Below are positions 24,965 through 25,008 of a stretch of DNA of 25,008 nucleotides, piece after piece (positions within the stretch are counted from its first letter, which is position 1; every line of letters begins with the position of its first letter). The stretch covers positions 1 through 25,008 of IMG/VR virus record IMGVR_UViG_3300027726_000013. One strand, given 5' to 3'. This DNA is from a virus (taxonomy: Duplodnaviria > Caudoviricetes). Under the pieces are notes generated by a model, which was given only the letters and a program-made list of their open reading frames with translations, did not search any database and had not been told where the DNA came from. Made by a program: the position numbers and the translations under genes.

Positions 24965-25008
24965 CCCCATTGTTTGTTCTGTAACATGTTACAGAACAAA
25001 CAATGGGG
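24965..25008. repeat. Perfect 44-bp palindrome with no spacer, extending to the window end
   Basis: CCCCATTGTTTGTTCTGTAACA|TGTTACAGAACAAACAATGGGG, axis between 24986 and 24987. Confidence 0.95.

Noticed and set aside
24715-24999. 94-aa and 68-aa minus-strand ORFs near the end
   Set aside because: Homopolymer-rich with unnatural composition; one starts inside the palindrome

Overview
The window is about 25 kb of a tailed dsDNA virus or provirus (Caudoviricetes-like, HK97-type head), with essentially all genes on the minus strand. GGTGA/GGAGG ribosome-binding sites, BRE+TATA promoters, U-tract terminators, many CxxC microproteins and a GSGTxxDPY beta-helix module point to an archaeal host (inference). 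In transcription order (right to left): a perfect 44-bp palindrome running to the last base; small early genes; a beta-class DNA methyltransferase; an RHH-like gene packed with GTAAC/GTTAC sites; a calcineurin-like phosphoesterase followed by a free-standing LAGLIDADG endonuclease; an HExxH membrane protein; then terS, terL, portal, SPP1-gp7-like protein, prohead protease/scaffold, major capsid, neck and tail tube genes. No tape-measure gene follows within the window. Instead come a sialyltransferase-like GT and two large membrane-targeted, sequon-rich proteins. Most striking unexplained signals: (1) the terminal palindrome (candidate hairpin telomere or protelomerase site), whose 12-bp centre recurs with one mismatch, twice in tandem, inside the RHH-like gene; (2) a canonical archaeal bulge-helix-bulge motif around an 81-nt segment just upstream of the late promoter; (3) a consensus kink-turn in the tail operon. 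All functional calls come from motifs read by eye; no searches were run.
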